Shown: positions 42,857 to 55,655, counted from the first letter of the stretch. The stretch is 64,000 bases of DNA from Candidatus Latescibacterota bacterium (GCA_965206595.1 OZ242214.1:5344001-5408000); one strand, 5' to 3'. Notes: generated by a model not told the origin, from the sequence alone. Translations and numbers: made by a program.

Positions 42857-43234
42857 TCGCGGTATTGATTCGTACGGCCTACGAACAGCAACGCCTTGAA
42901 CTCGGTCTGGTCCTGGCCCCAATTCGACCAGGATTTCGAAGCCAGAATCCAGGAGGAATCATCGGTCTTTCCCATCACTTCGGTGCGAACGCTTTCATAA
43001 AGCAGCTGCAGGATTTCGAAGAAACCAGGAGATCGGTTTTGAAGAGAAAGCGAGGAAGCTGCAAGAGAATGGCCGGGATGCCCAGTAGGATCGGATCGCG
43101 GAATTCCTGGGGACTTACGCGGATGCAATTTACCAGTTGAAAGAAGAAGATAGAGTTGCGGTTTTGCTGCGTATCTACCTGTCGATTCGTTCGGTGTCGA
43201 GACGAGGATAAGACCCTATGAGGATTCAACGCTT

Positions 43235-45209
43235 GATTCTCTCGTAAAAACCCCCCTCTCACAGCCCCGATAATCAGGGATTCTTGGTATATTTGTGTAT
43301 ACCAATCCGTCACACACTTCCTCTCTAGTGGATGGGGCTGATGTTTCGTAAGAAGGATTCGCAACGCACCCTGTTCGAGAGCCGCAACCTGGTGCCTGCG
43401 GCCAAGCGGCGGCGCCTGCAGGCGAGCTGGGCCGAGACCTTTCGCACGCGTGCCTTGCCGCTGATCGATGAAGCGCAGTTTGCGTCCTTGTATTGCGACG
43501 ACAACGGTCGTCCCAACCAGCCGGTGGCGACGGTCTTGGGCGTTCTTCTGCTCAAGGAGATGTTTGCGCTGACCGACGTCGAGGCGCTGGAGCAGCTGGA
43601 GTTCAGCCTGCTGTGGCAGCACGCCCTGGAGCTGACCCCGGACGAGGCCCACCTGGCGCAAAAGACGCTGCACAACTTCCGCGCTCGCTTGCTGGCCCAT
43701 GACCGCGGCCGGCAGGCCTTCGAGGCGACCACGGATCGCATTCTCCAAGCGCTGGGTACGAAGGTCACCCGGCAACGTCTGGACTCCACCCATGTGATCA
43801 GCAACATCGCGGTGTTGTCGCGTCTGGGGCTGTTGTGTGAGACCCTCCGTCACTTTCTGAAAACCCTGGCCGCGGAGCATCCGCGCCTGTACGGGCGGGT
43901 GCCGAAGCGCCTGCGCGAGCGCTACCTGAAGGAGGACGGCAGCGCCACATCCTACCAGGACGCGCCCTCCGGCACGGGCAAGAGGCGGCTGCCGGTGTGC
44001 GCGCGCGATCTGTATCGTCTCCATCAGCTGTTTGCGGGCACCGCGGCCGAGGGCCTGGAATCCTACGCGCTGCTGCAGCGCCTGCTGTCCGAGCAGTGTG
44101 AGGTGATCGCGGACAAGCAACGCCCCTCGACCGAGGACGACGACGCCGGCGAAGGCGGCGTGCCGGTGGTACTGAAGGCGCCGGAGCACGTCGGCAGCGA
44201 CTCGCTGCAAAGCCCTCATGATACGGAGGCCACCTACAACGCCCGCAAGGGCAAAGGGTATGAGGTGCAGATCGCCGAGACCTGCGTCGAGACCGACGAC
44301 GACCCAACCGACGACGACCCAACCGACACCGTGAACAGGATCACCCACGTAGCGGTGACCGCTGCCTGCGCCAGTGACGAGCACGCGACGATGCCGGTGC
44401 TGGAGGCCCTCGAAGAGCGCGGGCAACGACCCGACGAGCTGGTCGCCGACACCGCCTTCGGCTCCGGCGACAATGCCATCCACGCCGAACGCCTCGGCAC
44501 CGAGTTGGTCAGCCCGGTCAAAGGCCCCCAGGTCGACGTCGAGGTGCGGCCCGATACGGTGACCGAGGCCGACTTCCTCGTCGATGCCCGTCTCCGGGAT
44601 CCGGCCATCTGCCCGGCCGGATACTTGGCTAGAGAGCAAACGTCGTATGAGAAGAAGAAGCACCACGTGGTGCTGACCTTCGAGCGCGAGGCCTGCGAGA
44701 CCTGCGCCCTGCTTGCCGTCTGCCCGGTGAAACGGAACAGGGCCCGGGACGACTACGCCGTGACCGTGGACCTGAAGGCGGCCAACCTCGAACGCCGCCG
44801 CCGCGCCATCGCCAGCGGCGCCTTCAAGGAGCGCTATCGCATTCGCGCCGGCATCGAGGCCACGGTCTCGGAGCTCAAACGAAGACACGGACTGGGCGCC
44901 CTGCGCGTGCGCGGGCGTTGGCGCGTGGAGCTGGCCGTCTACCTGAAAGCCCTGGCCTGCAATATCAAGAGAATGCTGCGGGCGCTTGCGCCCAAACCCG
45001 GAGCCATGAGTCCGGCGATGGGCTGAAAAAGGGAACGGAGGCCCCTTTCGGCGCCGAAAAAGGCCCTTGAAGTCTTGGATCGGGCCCCTGCGCCGATAGC
45101 GCCCGAAGGCAGCTTCATGGCAGCGCATTCCGGATTCGTTTCATAGTTGAAAACTTTAGCTTTGGGTGCCAATTCTTACCCGCGGAAACCGGGTTTCTAC
45201 GAGGGAGTC
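43235..45209 (+). mobile_element. IS1182-like insertion sequence (~1975 bp)
   Basis: Imperfect TIRs GATTCTCTCGTAAAAACCC / GGGTTTCTACGAGGGAGTC; flanking direct repeat AACGCTT at 43228-34 and 45210-16 (exact boundary ambiguous by a few bp). Confidence 0.88.
43332..45026 (+). CDS. DDE transposase (IS1182/IS5-like)
   Basis: GRP N-terminal motif, LDSTHV, VADTAFGS, CxxC, RAGIEATVSELK. Confidence 0.92.
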   Translation: MGLMFRKKDSQRTLFESRNLVPAAKRRRLQASWAETFRTRALPLIDEAQFASLYCDDNGRPNQPVATVLGVLLLKEMFALTDVEALEQLEFSLLWQHALELTPDEAHLAQKTLHNFRARLLAHDRGRQAFEATTDRILQALGTKVTRQRLDSTHVISNIAVLSRLGLLCETLRHFLKTLAAEHPRLYGRVPKRLRERYLKEDGSATSYQDAPSGTGKRRLPVCARDLYRLHQLFAGTAAEGLESYALLQRLLSEQCEVIADKQRPSTEDDDAGEGGVPVVLKAPEHVGSDSLQSPHDTEATYNARKGKGYEVQIAETCVETDDDPTDDDPTDTVNRITHVAVTAACASDEHATMPVLEALEERGQRPDELVADTAFGSGDNAIHAERLGTELVSPVKGPQVDVEVRPDTVTEADFLVDARLRDPAICPAGYLAREQTSYEKKKHHVVLTFEREACETCALLAVCPVKRNRARDDYAVTVDLKAANLERRRRAIASGAFKERYRIRAGIEATVSELKRRHGLGALRVRGRWRVELAVYLKALACNIKRMLRALAPKPGAMSPAMG

Positions 45210-45541
45210 AACGCTTGTCACGAGAAAACTGTTCGCTGGCAACGATTCGCTGGTGGTCGAAACAGTCGAAGACAATGGGGCGAGTAATATCAAAGGTTAC
45301 GGAACAAAATTTCGGTTCCTGTAAGTGCAGTTTTTCGAAGTTTCGGCGAAAAAGCGGGATATAGTCGAGTATCGCAACGGGCGTATCAACGAGGAAGTGT
45401 TTCGCAAGCGCAACGTGCTGAAGGTCCGGAAGAAGGACGTCGATTCCTTCAGCCGGGAGTAAATGGACCTGGAGGAGTTTCGTCGAAAGGCCGAAATCCA
45501 GGAATTTTAGTTTCGCCCGGATGCTCCTGCGCAAGGAACCC

Positions 45542-46591
45542 TCATCCTGCTTCCAGCGAGATTCCCAACTTCACTCCCCACTCGACGATCTGCCTCCAGG
45601 TTTCCTCTTCGACGGCAATGCCCTGGGCCCGCTCCTGCGCGACTCTCGCCTCGATTTCTCCGGGCATCAGGATCTCGTCGAAGCCTTCCACAGGAGGCGA
45701 CGATTTGACGTGGGCGACGAATTTCTCCGACTCCTCGAAAAACTCGTCGAGAGGCAGGAACTGCTCGACGTCGATGACGATGAGGAGCACGCCGTTTCTC
45801 AGCCTATTGTCCTTCCCGACGTACCCCGAACCGGTGAGCACACCGGCTATCAGCTCGAGTGCGACGTTGAGGGCATACCCCTTGTGACCCGCGGCGGCGC
45901 CCCCGAGCGGGAGGATGCTGCCGGGGGGGTCGGCGTAGAGGTCGTTGGGATCGTTCGTCGGTTCCCCCCTGGAGTTGAGCAGCCATCCATCCGGCGTCTC
46001 CACTCCGCGGTTGCGGGCCACCCTCACCTTGCCTTCCGCGACCACGGTGGTGGTCATGTCGATTACGATCGGCGCCGAGGAGTTTGGAATCCCGAAAGCG
46101 AGGGGGTCGGTCAGGAGCCTCGGCTCGGTGCCGCCCCATGGGGCCATTCTGAACTGCGGCACTCCCACGGCGTTTACGAACATCATCCCGACCATCCCTC
46201 GTCTGGCAATCTGTTCGACGTAGCTGCCGAGGCGGCCGATGTGATTCGCCTGGCGGACGGCGACCGCGGCCATTCCCGTCTGCCGGGCTTTGTCCAGACC
46301 GAGTTCGGTGGCACGGCTCATCGTGACCTGTCCGAATCCCCAGTTTCCCTCGACAACCGCCATTATCGGGGTATGGCGGACAACCTCCACTTCAGCATCC
46401 GGGAGGATCTCCTTCTTTTCCACCGCGGCGAGATACTGCGGCAGGCGGATGACGCCATGCGAGTCATGGCCGGCGCCGTTTGCTTCGACGAGCAGCCCGG
46501 CAACCAGCCCGGCCTTGTCCGCCGGTGTTCCCGCGGCAACCAGGACGGCCGTCGCGTGTTCGACCAATTCGTTCGGTGTGAAGGTTGGCAT
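45542..46591 (-). CDS. Ldh_2 (malate/L-lactate dehydrogenase-2) family oxidoreductase
   Basis: GHDSHG, NHIG, GHKGYAL, MPGEIE. Confidence 0.9.
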   Translation of the reverse strand: MPTFTPNELVEHATAVLVAAGTPADKAGLVAGLLVEANGAGHDSHGVIRLPQYLAAVEKKEILPDAEVEVVRHTPIMAVVEGNWGFGQVTMSRATELGLDKARQTGMAAVAVRQANHIGRLGSYVEQIARRGMVGMMFVNAVGVPQFRMAPWGGTEPRLLTDPLAFGIPNSSAPIVIDMTTTVVAEGKVRVARNRGVETPDGWLLNSRGEPTNDPNDLYADPPGSILPLGGAAAGHKGYALNVALELIAGVLTGSGYVGKDNRLRNGVLLIVIDVEQFLPLDEFFEESEKFVAHVKSSPPVEGFDEILMPGEIEARVAQERAQGIAVEEETWRQIVEWGVKLGISLEAG

Positions 46592-46790
46592 ATGTAAGGC
46601 ATTCCCACGCCAGATCCGGCCCGGAAACTGCTTGCGGCCGAACCGGAAAGGAGCGTTTCAGGCTGTTGAGAGGGTAGCGGAAACCGCGGGCTGGGGACGC
46701 TGAGCGCGCCGGTCGCCCCGCGGCAACCGATGGAAGCAGAAAGAGAAAGGCGCAACTCCTGTTTGAACGAGGAGTCGCGCCCTCGATTCC

Positions 46791-46866
46791 TGGTGGAGCT
46801 GAGGGGAATCGAACCCCTGACCTCCTGAATGCCATTCAGGCGCTCTCCCAACTGAGCTACAGCCCC
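46791..46866 (-). tRNA. tRNA-Ala(GGC)
   Basis: GGGGCTGTAGCTCAGTTGGGAGAGCG-CCTGA-ATGGCAT-TCAGG...GGTTCGATTCC...CTCCACCA; G3:U70 pair, encoded CCA. Confidence 0.97.
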
Positions 46867-46877
46867 GGATGCAAGAA

Positions 46878-46906
46878 AAACTAGCGGTCCCTCCCCGGCC
46901 CGTCAA
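46878..46906 (-). promoter_or_regulatory. Sigma70-like promoter for tRNA-Ala
   Basis: TTGACG-N17-TAGTTT just upstream of the tRNA. Confidence 0.6.
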
Positions 46907-46923
46907 TTTGCCCCGGAGGGCGC

Positions 46924-47508
46924 CTACTCGTTCACCACGACGCCGAGACGGAGATCCTCATTGTGATACTCCTCTCGGTCACTGGAGCTGGGGCCAAGCG
47001 ACAGGAGGGTCACTTCGATCCGCGCCTTCGTCTGGGAGGTGAAACCGTCGCTCGTTCGCACGGTGAAGGTTCCGAACTGCTGGTACCCCTCTATCGTCTT
47101 GCTGACGCTGGCTCCGCCGATGCGAAGCCGTCCGCCGTCGAGCGGTTCAACGCCGTTGCCGAAGGTAATGAACGGGTCCTTGGGTGCGAACACGGCGCTG
47201 TCGAGATCGAAAGAGCTTGCCGGAACAGGATCGAGAATCAGCTCGACTTGGCGGATGTTCTTCAAATCCCGGCCACTGAAAAGCAGCGCGATTTCCCGGC
47301 CGCCGCTCGTCGCTTTCCAGTTATCCCCTTCGATGAGGACCTCGCCGGCATAGGCGCCGTTGAGGGTGACGCTCTGGCGCAGTCCGGAGACGGCCTCGGT
47401 GCCGGCTACGGGTTGCGGTGGATTCGAAATGCCGTCAGGTTCGGTTCCCCCACAATGCAGGAACCAAGCGAACGGCAAAATGGCTGTTAACGAGCGACGA
47501 CGGCGCAC
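46924..47508 (-). CDS. Hypothetical lipoprotein, beta-sandwich (cohesin-like)
   Basis: GGAG RBS, GTG start, basic plus hydrophobic N-terminus ending in Cys (FLHC). Confidence 0.6.
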   Translation of the reverse strand: MRRRRSLTAILPFAWFLHCGGTEPDGISNPPQPVAGTEAVSGLRQSVTLNGAYAGEVLIEGDNWKATSGGREIALLFSGRDLKNIRQVELILDPVPASSFDLDSAVFAPKDPFITFGNGVEPLDGGRLRIGGASVSKTIEGYQQFGTFTVRTSDGFTSQTKARIEVTLLSLGPSSSDREEYHNEDLRLGVVVNE

Positions 47509-47834
47509 TGTGGTTTCTCCCAGGGAAAACCAGGTCACTCTGTTCCGAATTTCAAGACCTCGGCCTGACGGGCAGGCAGAATCCCCAGACGGCTGTTTCG
47601 GCCGTGGCACCGGAAACAACCGGTCCGCCCGTTCGGCACGATGTCGTAAAAGGGCGGATGCCGGACCCGCGAGAGATGGCCACCTCGAGCCCGCGACCCG
47701 TCGCAGGTGGGCGGTTCCGAATCGCAGAGCCGCGGATGGGCAGAATATGGTTCAGGGCTCCGGTTATTCCTACCGCCCGTATCGGGGCGGTTGGCGCTGA
47801 GGGTGGCGCGGTGGATGGCCGGAGCGCGCTGGGG

Positions 47835-48425
47835 TCACTGGAATTTCCAGATCAGCGAAAGATCCGCTGGGAGATCGGAACTGCCGGCAAAAGACAGTCC
47901 AAAGTCGGCGAGATGGGCATCGACGTAGGCATCCAGGGCGGAAAAGGTCGCCGTGGCGATGAACAGGAGCAGGCGGGTGTTGCGGCGGCCGGCCGCGGCC
48001 TGGCGTTCCGAGGCCTCGGCGCGGTCGAGGTTGCGTGTCTCTGAAATGCTGGCCCCTGCAAAGCCGGCCGCGGCTGCGGAGAACAGAACCGCCTTGAAGT
48101 ATCCGCCGTTGTGCAACTGACCCCACCCGGGAATCAGGGCGGATCGCCACAAGGCCCCCTTCGGGGTGAGTCGGGCTTTCGCCCTCGAAAGTTCCCGGTT
48201 CGCGGAGTTCGCGGCGGCGGCTGCTGCCGTATCCGAATCAGCTCGTTTCAGTAGCTCCGCGGCACCGGATTCACCGCCAGGGGCTGCAACGGCGTCGGAG
48301 GTGGCGGTCGCACCCGCCGTCAGCAAAGAGGCCAGGACGAGAAGACTGCAGGCCGCCATCGGTGGCAGGGCATGGGCGCGGCTGGGTTCCCCGGTATCCG
48401 AAGCCTGTGAGCTGGCCGAGGTCAC
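47835..48425 (-). CDS. DUF5683-like membrane protein
   Basis: ALWRSALIPGWGQLHNG, DAYVDAHL. Confidence 0.7.
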   Translation of the reverse strand: MTSASSQASDTGEPSRAHALPPMAACSLLVLASLLTAGATATSDAVAAPGGESGAAELLKRADSDTAAAAAANSANRELSRAKARLTPKGALWRSALIPGWGQLHNGGYFKAVLFSAAAAGFAGASISETRNLDRAEASERQAAAGRRNTRLLLFIATATFSALDAYVDAHLADFGLSFAGSSDLPADLSLIWKFQ

Positions 48426-49357
48426 GCGCCGAAACGGTCCCCCGGCAGCACTTGGTAACCCCGCACGAAGGCCTCCCCGGCCATGCGGTTGCGCCCGGAT
48501 GGTTGCACTTCGGCGGCGACGAGGGCCCCGTCCCCGGTGGCGATCACCAGGCCGGATTCACTGTCGGCGGCAAGGACCGTGCCGGCGTCCGCGCGCAGGG
48601 TTTCCCCGCAGGCGTGGGCGCGGTGAATCATCAGTATCCGATCCCGTCCCCATGTCGTGAACGCTCCGGGAACGGGGTTGGTACCGCGGATGCGGTTGCG
48701 CAGCGACTCGGTCGGCTGAGACCAGACCAGCCTGCCGTCTTCCCTGGACAGCTTGGGGGCCTTGCTGGCGCCTGAGGCCGGTTGCGCCCTGGGGTGCAGC
48801 TCCCCTCGCTCCAGGCCTCCGACCGTTGCGGCCACGAGCTGTCCGCCGAGCGCGGCGAGGCGCTGCTCCAGTTCTCCGGCGGTTTCCTCTCTCCTCACGG
48901 CGACCCGCTGCTGCAGCAGAATGTCGCCGGCGTCGACCCGGGAGTTGAGGAGGATGGTCGTCGCCCCGGTTTCGCGCTCGCCGTTGAACAGGGTCCAAGG
49001 AATGGGGGCGGCGCCGCGATAAGCGGGCAACAGCGAAGGGTGAAGGTTGACCGCTCCCATCGGCGGGACGGCGAGCAGCTCATCCGGAAGGATCGAGAAA
49101 GCGACGACGACGAACATATCGCAGCCCAAGGCGGACAGGGTTTCGGGCAGTCCTGGTTCGGCAACCGATCCGGGCTGCAGACAGGGCAACCCGAGTTCAG
49201 CGGCCGCTGCTTTTACGGCTGGGGGGGCGGTCCTGCGACCGCGGCCCCGGGGACGGTCTGGGTTGGTGACGACCGCGACCACATCGTGCCGGCTCGCCGC
49301 CAAGACGCGAAGCGACGGAACGGCGAATTCCGGCGTTCCCATGAACAGGATTTTCAT
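48422..49357 (-). CDS. fmt: Methionyl-tRNA formyltransferase
   Basis: FMGTPEFAVPSL, NLHPSLLPAYRGAAPI. Confidence 0.96.
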   Translation of the reverse strand: MKILFMGTPEFAVPSLRVLAASRHDVVAVVTNPDRPRGRGRRTAPPAVKAAAAELGLPCLQPGSVAEPGLPETLSALGCDMFVVVAFSILPDELLAVPPMGAVNLHPSLLPAYRGAAPIPWTLFNGERETGATTILLNSRVDAGDILLQQRVAVRREETAGELEQRLAALGGQLVAATVGGLERGELHPRAQPASGASKAPKLSREDGRLVWSQPTESLRNRIRGTNPVPGAFTTWGRDRILMIHRAHACGETLRADAGTVLAADSESGLVIATGDGALVAAEVQPSGRNRMAGEAFVRGYQVLPGDRFGA

Positions 49358-49411
49358 GGTGCATCGGGGATGACAAATGCGGGGAAGGCGCCGTCGGCGC
49401 CCGCGGGAAGG

Positions 49412-49747
49412 CTACTTTTCGTCGCCGTTCTTGACGCGCTGCACGGCCGCTCGCGAGAGGTCGACCTTGACGTTCTCGGCGATTTTGACGACGAGGACGT
49501 CGTCCTTGATGTTGAGGATCACTCCATGGATACCGCCGTTCGTAACGATGCGGTCTCCCTTTTCCAACTCGTCGATCATGCGCTGCTGCGCCTTTTGCTT
49601 CTTGATTTGCGGGCGCAGAATGAGCAGGTAGAGGACGAGGAACATCAGGACGAAGGGCAGCAGCTGCACCAGCGGCGCGCCGCCCCCGGCGCCCTCGGCT
49701 CCGCTGCCCCCCATGGCATGGGCGGCGTCTGGGAAGAAAACCAGCAA
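49412..49747 (-). CDS. yajC: Preprotein translocase subunit YajC
   Basis: TM helix then ILRPQ, KGDRIVTNGGIHG. Confidence 0.93.
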   Translation of the reverse strand: MLVFFPDAAHAMGGSGAEGAGGGAPLVQLLPFVLMFLVLYLLILRPQIKKQKAQQRMIDELEKGDRIVTNGGIHGVILNIKDDVLVVKIAENVKVDLSRAAVQRVKNGDEK

Positions 49748-49802
49748 GACAACCTCTCTTTCGGGTCGTTCCGTTGCGAAGGACTCGCAAAGATAACGCC
49801 TG

Positions 49803-52150
<2,348 letters not shown>

Positions 52151-52224
52151 GTGAGGTACACTTCACCCCGTTCCGGGAGAAGCGGCGTAAAGTTGGGGGA
52201 TGGGGGATGACGAGCCGGGCGTGC

Positions 52225-52932
52225 TCAGCCAGCGGTTTTGAGCGCGGACCAGGAGACCGAAGGGAACAGCGTGGGCCCGGCCTTGGGGGATTCCTCTTCG
52301 GGTTCATCGCCTCCGCAGTCGTCGCCGACAAGGGGATCGTCGATCCAGCGCACGATGCGCCAGATTCCGTCGTCACCCTGCCGCAGCTTGAAGGTCATGG
52401 TCTGCTTGACGGCGAAGCCGTCGTCGTCGGTTTTCAGCAGCAGGATTTCGACCCGGCCCCGGAAGACCTCCCAGTCCTCTTCCGGATGGCCGTCGGGATC
52501 CCCCTCGAAGGCCATCGGATGGTCCCGCCCGAGTTCGGTCTTGCGCTCGATCAGCTGAAATTTCCAATCCACTTTCCGGAACAAGCCGAAAATGCCGTGG
52601 CTGCTGCCGTCGCGGGTGCCCATGATCTCCAGCTCTTCTTCGCGGCCGTTCTCCAAGACCAGGTTGCCGAGACAATCCTCCTCCGTGAACAAGTAGCGTA
52701 CGTCGAGGAGGGTCTCGTACAAATCCTTGTCGCGCTCGTTGAACGCCCGCTCGAGGTTGTCCATCACGATCTGCGGCTCGGTCGCCTTCTCGGCGGGAGG
52801 GAGTATGGCTCTGTCGCCAGGATCCACTTCGATTTTTTTAGGAGCGAATGGGTTGCCGCAGGCCGTCAGGAGAACGCTGGCCGCCACTGCCGCTGCGGCA
52901 ACGGCGGGGTTTCTTAGAGTCGATGCAATCAC
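52225..52932 (-). CDS. Hypothetical lipoprotein (NTF2-like core)
   Basis: LTAC lipobox; GTGA overlap with upstream stop; W.I..W.D motif. Confidence 0.65.
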   Translation of the reverse strand: MIASTLRNPAVAAAAVAASVLLTACGNPFAPKKIEVDPGDRAILPPAEKATEPQIVMDNLERAFNERDKDLYETLLDVRYLFTEEDCLGNLVLENGREEELEIMGTRDGSSHGIFGLFRKVDWKFQLIERKTELGRDHPMAFEGDPDGHPEEDWEVFRGRVEILLLKTDDDGFAVKQTMTFKLRQGDDGIWRIVRWIDDPLVGDDCGGDEPEEESPKAGPTLFPSVSWSALKTAG

Positions 52933-53696
52933 TGTGAAAACTCGCCTCTCAATTCGGTCCACGACTTCTTGGCCGACGCCTGATCGCGGAAATCCCGCCA
53001 TCTCGTGATGGTCCACACCGGGTTTTCCTGGCTCGGCGTGGCTATATCGATCTCCATCTGGCCCTTGACGGGGAAAATGGTCGCGCCGATCCCTTCGCGC
53101 GGCTGCTCTGTGAACTCGATCTCGTAGTTGAAAATATAACGCTCGACCAGGGGATTGTCCCCGAGGATCCGCTGGTCCCTGGTCGAATCGTACCAGCGCT
53201 GGAAGCTGATTCTCTGGAAGCGCTCCTTGTCGAGCACCAAGTTGGCAAAACGGCGCTCCTGGGACCCCGTCCACAGCGTGTCGAGGTCGGCCTCGGGGTT
53301 GTAGTCCTCCGGGGGCTGGAACACCTCGAGAAACAGCTGCAGGTCATCGGCGTCCGGGACGAACAGGAACCTCTCCTCCAGCTGGTCGAGGTACTGAACC
53401 GGACTGAATCCGCGAAAGCTGTCGCGGATATTGAACAAGACGGCTTCAGGGGTTGTGGGTTCCCGGAGAACGAGCTGGATGCCGCTGGGGCAGTCGGGAG
53501 TGCGGCCCACGAAGGGGCTCGACGGGTCGGTGCGCTCGGCTGGGGGATCCGCATCGGCGCACTGCGGAAAGCTCCTGAGGTCCGTTGACTCCGTGCAGCG
53601 GCACTCGACCTCGCCGCCTTCCTCCAGGCCGCAACCGGACAGGACCCAGAGCACTGCCGGAACGGCGGCTTGACGAACGGAAACTCGCCTAAACAC
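52929..53696 (-). CDS. Hypothetical lipoprotein, similar in motifs to downstream gene
   Basis: LSGC lipobox; TPEAVLFNI...F, WTITRWRD, terminal SW.EL. Confidence 0.65.
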   Translation of the reverse strand: MFRRVSVRQAAVPAVLWVLSGCGLEEGGEVECRCTESTDLRSFPQCADADPPAERTDPSSPFVGRTPDCPSGIQLVLREPTTPEAVLFNIRDSFRGFSPVQYLDQLEERFLFVPDADDLQLFLEVFQPPEDYNPEADLDTLWTGSQERRFANLVLDKERFQRISFQRWYDSTRDQRILGDNPLVERYIFNYEIEFTEQPREGIGATIFPVKGQMEIDIATPSQENPVWTITRWRDFRDQASAKKSWTELRGEFSQ

Positions 53697-54726
53697 TGAA
53701 AGGTACGGGACTGAAGCAGGAGGCGAAGACGACGAAGCAGAGCACCCCGATACGCCGGCGCCGGCGGTCCAGGGGAATGTTGGGATAAAAAGGCGCCGGA
53801 TGATCCCTGCCCAGCAGGGCGAGCAGGAGAACGAGGAGAATCCACCCCGGCCACCCCGGCGGCAACTCCAACATTCTCCAGAAGATACCGTGCAGTCCGA
53901 GCCCCATCAATAAAACGAAGGTGGCGCGGGCGATGTAGCGGTGCCAGGGACCGAAAACGGCGTACGAAACATGGCCGCCGTCCAGCTGGCCGACAGGAAA
54001 CAGGTTGAAAGCCGTGATGAACAGGCCCACCCAGCCGGCAAAGGCGACCGGGCTGAGAAGCACCATGTCGCCGGGCTCGGTCACCGGCGTCAGCCAGGCG
54101 GAGAGGATGGCGAAGATCGGCGGGGCACCAAGCTGCCAGAACGGCTCTGGATTTGCGAACGGGAGCTGCTCGAAATAACCGGCGTCGACGACGCGCGACT
54201 GCGGCAGACCGACGACGCAGGCTGCGAGAGCCACGGCGAAGCCGGCCAGCGGTCCGGAAGCGCCGATATCGAGAAGGGCTCTCTTGTGAGGTATGGGGGA
54301 CCTGATGCGAATCACCGCTCCAAGGGTGCCGAGGAAGGATATGTACGGCAGCGGGATGAAGTACGGCAGCGAGGCTTTTACCCCCCAGCGGCGGGCGGCG
54401 AAATAATGGCCGAACTCGTGGACCGTGAGGATTCCCAGCAAGGTCGCTGCGAAGGGAATGCCCTCGACGAGGTGCACGAGCCGCTCGGGGCCGAAAAAGG
54501 GGTTCACCCCTCTCTGTATCGCTCCGGCCGCGGTCATCGAGAAGAGGGTCAAAAGGAACAGGGCGGCGTGCAGGAGGGGACTGGTGGCAGGGCCCCCGTT
54601 CCTCGGCCCGACGGCGAACACGGAAGACTCACCGGCGCTTCGTTCCCGCACTTTTTCTGATTCGAGGTTGTCATGCCGCGAAGTCGGACGCGGGGCCGGA
54701 AGCCGCTTGCGCCAGAGCTGCATCAC
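53689..54726 (-). CDS. Site-2 protease (M50 family)
   Basis: HEFGH, SGPLAG, NLFPVGQLDGG; multiple TM helices. Confidence 0.9.
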   Translation of the reverse strand: MMQLWRKRLPAPRPTSRHDNLESEKVRERSAGESSVFAVGPRNGGPATSPLLHAALFLLTLFSMTAAGAIQRGVNPFFGPERLVHLVEGIPFAATLLGILTVHEFGHYFAARRWGVKASLPYFIPLPYISFLGTLGAVIRIRSPIPHKRALLDIGASGPLAGFAVALAACVVGLPQSRVVDAGYFEQLPFANPEPFWQLGAPPIFAILSAWLTPVTEPGDMVLLSPVAFAGWVGLFITAFNLFPVGQLDGGHVSYAVFGPWHRYIARATFVLLMGLGLHGIFWRMLELPPGWPGWILLVLLLALLGRDHPAPFYPNIPLDRRRRRIGVLCFVVFASCFSPVPFSV

Positions 54727-55655
54727 GGCATCTGTAAGGCGGGAGCGCTCGCTGGCGTCCGCCCGCGGTACAGACTGAGGCGATGCGCCTGACCGAGGCC
54801 GGATGCAAACGGCACGTAGGCGTAATCGAGGCGCCAGGACCGCACCTGCAACCCGAAGCCGGCCGACAACGAACGGCGGGACCCGGTTTGGTAGCCCCCC
54901 CGCAGCAGAAGGGTGGCCGACAGCGGCAACTCGACACCGCCGTGAAAGCTGGAACCGTACCCCTGTGCCAGCTGGACTTCGAGCAGGGCAATCCGGCTTG
55001 CCATCGGTTCGAAGGGTCTCCCGAAGCAGCTGCAGGCGAGGGCGAGGCGCAGCTGGCCCGGCAGCTTCGTGGAATCGTTCGCAAGGGGATTCAAGGCGCC
55101 GAAATTCCGCACCGAGCTGCCGACGCGAAGGTGGTCACCCAGCCGATACAGAAACCCGAAATCGACGGCCGCACCTAGCGCCGATTCGGTATGAATCGAT
55201 TGCCGAATCAGTTTCCCGGCTGCTCCTATCTGCAGGTTTTCCGTCGATCGCCGGCCGTACCCCAGGCCGAGGGCCCACTCGTACACCCCGAATTCACCGA
55301 GCGACTCGCTGCTGGGCCCCACGCGTCGCTCCAGCCCCCCGGTCTGCGAAAGCGACAGCTGGACCGACAGAATACCGGCGCCAAGCGGCTGCAGGGCGGT
55401 TGCGTACTCGTGCCGTACGTCCTGAATCCAGCTGCTGTGCGTCACCCCGAGGCGACCACGCGCGGCGCTGACTGCGGCGGGGTTGGCCGCGGCGGCATCG
55501 ATGTCGGCAAGTGCCGCGGCGGCTTCCCCGAGGGCGGTCGCGCGGGCCCCGGAGCCGAGCAGCAGGAAAGGCAGCCCGGATGCCCCGGCGCCCGCAGTCC
55601 AGGAAAGCAGAAGGGCGGCGACCGCAATGCGCGCGTTCGCCGTCGCGGGAGCCAT
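54723..55655 (-). CDS. PorV/FadL-like outer-membrane beta-barrel
   Basis: Signal peptide, FLLLGSGARATALGEA...NPA, LRGGY, LDYAY...HRLSL. Confidence 0.75.
   Translation of the reverse strand: MAPATANARIAVAALLLSWTAGAGASGLPFLLLGSGARATALGEAAAALADIDAAAANPAAVSAARGRLGVTHSSWIQDVRHEYATALQPLGAGILSVQLSLSQTGGLERRVGPSSESLGEFGVYEWALGLGYGRRSTENLQIGAAGKLIRQSIHTESALGAAVDFGFLYRLGDHLRVGSSVRNFGALNPLANDSTKLPGQLRLALACSCFGRPFEPMASRIALLEVQLAQGYGSSFHGGVELPLSATLLLRGGYQTGSRRSLSAGFGLQVRSWRLDYAYVPFASGLGQAHRLSLYRGRTPASAPALQMP

Larger units (their letters stand above)
42860..45510 (+). pseudogene. Decayed hypothetical gene split by the IS
   Basis: Fragments EFLGTYADAIYQLKEEDRVAVLL left of the IS and LKVRKKDVDSFSRE*MDLEEFRRKAEIQEF right of it, with in-frame stops; one frame is continuous across the target duplication. 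Confidence 0.5.

Noticed and set aside
45208-45534. 108-aa minus-strand ORF next to the IS
   Set aside because: Antisense of the decayed plus-strand gene; stops at the junction even with the IS removed
46700-46866. tRNA-Ala as integration site of a genomic island
   Set aside because: No integrase and no duplicated tRNA 3' end noticed in the window
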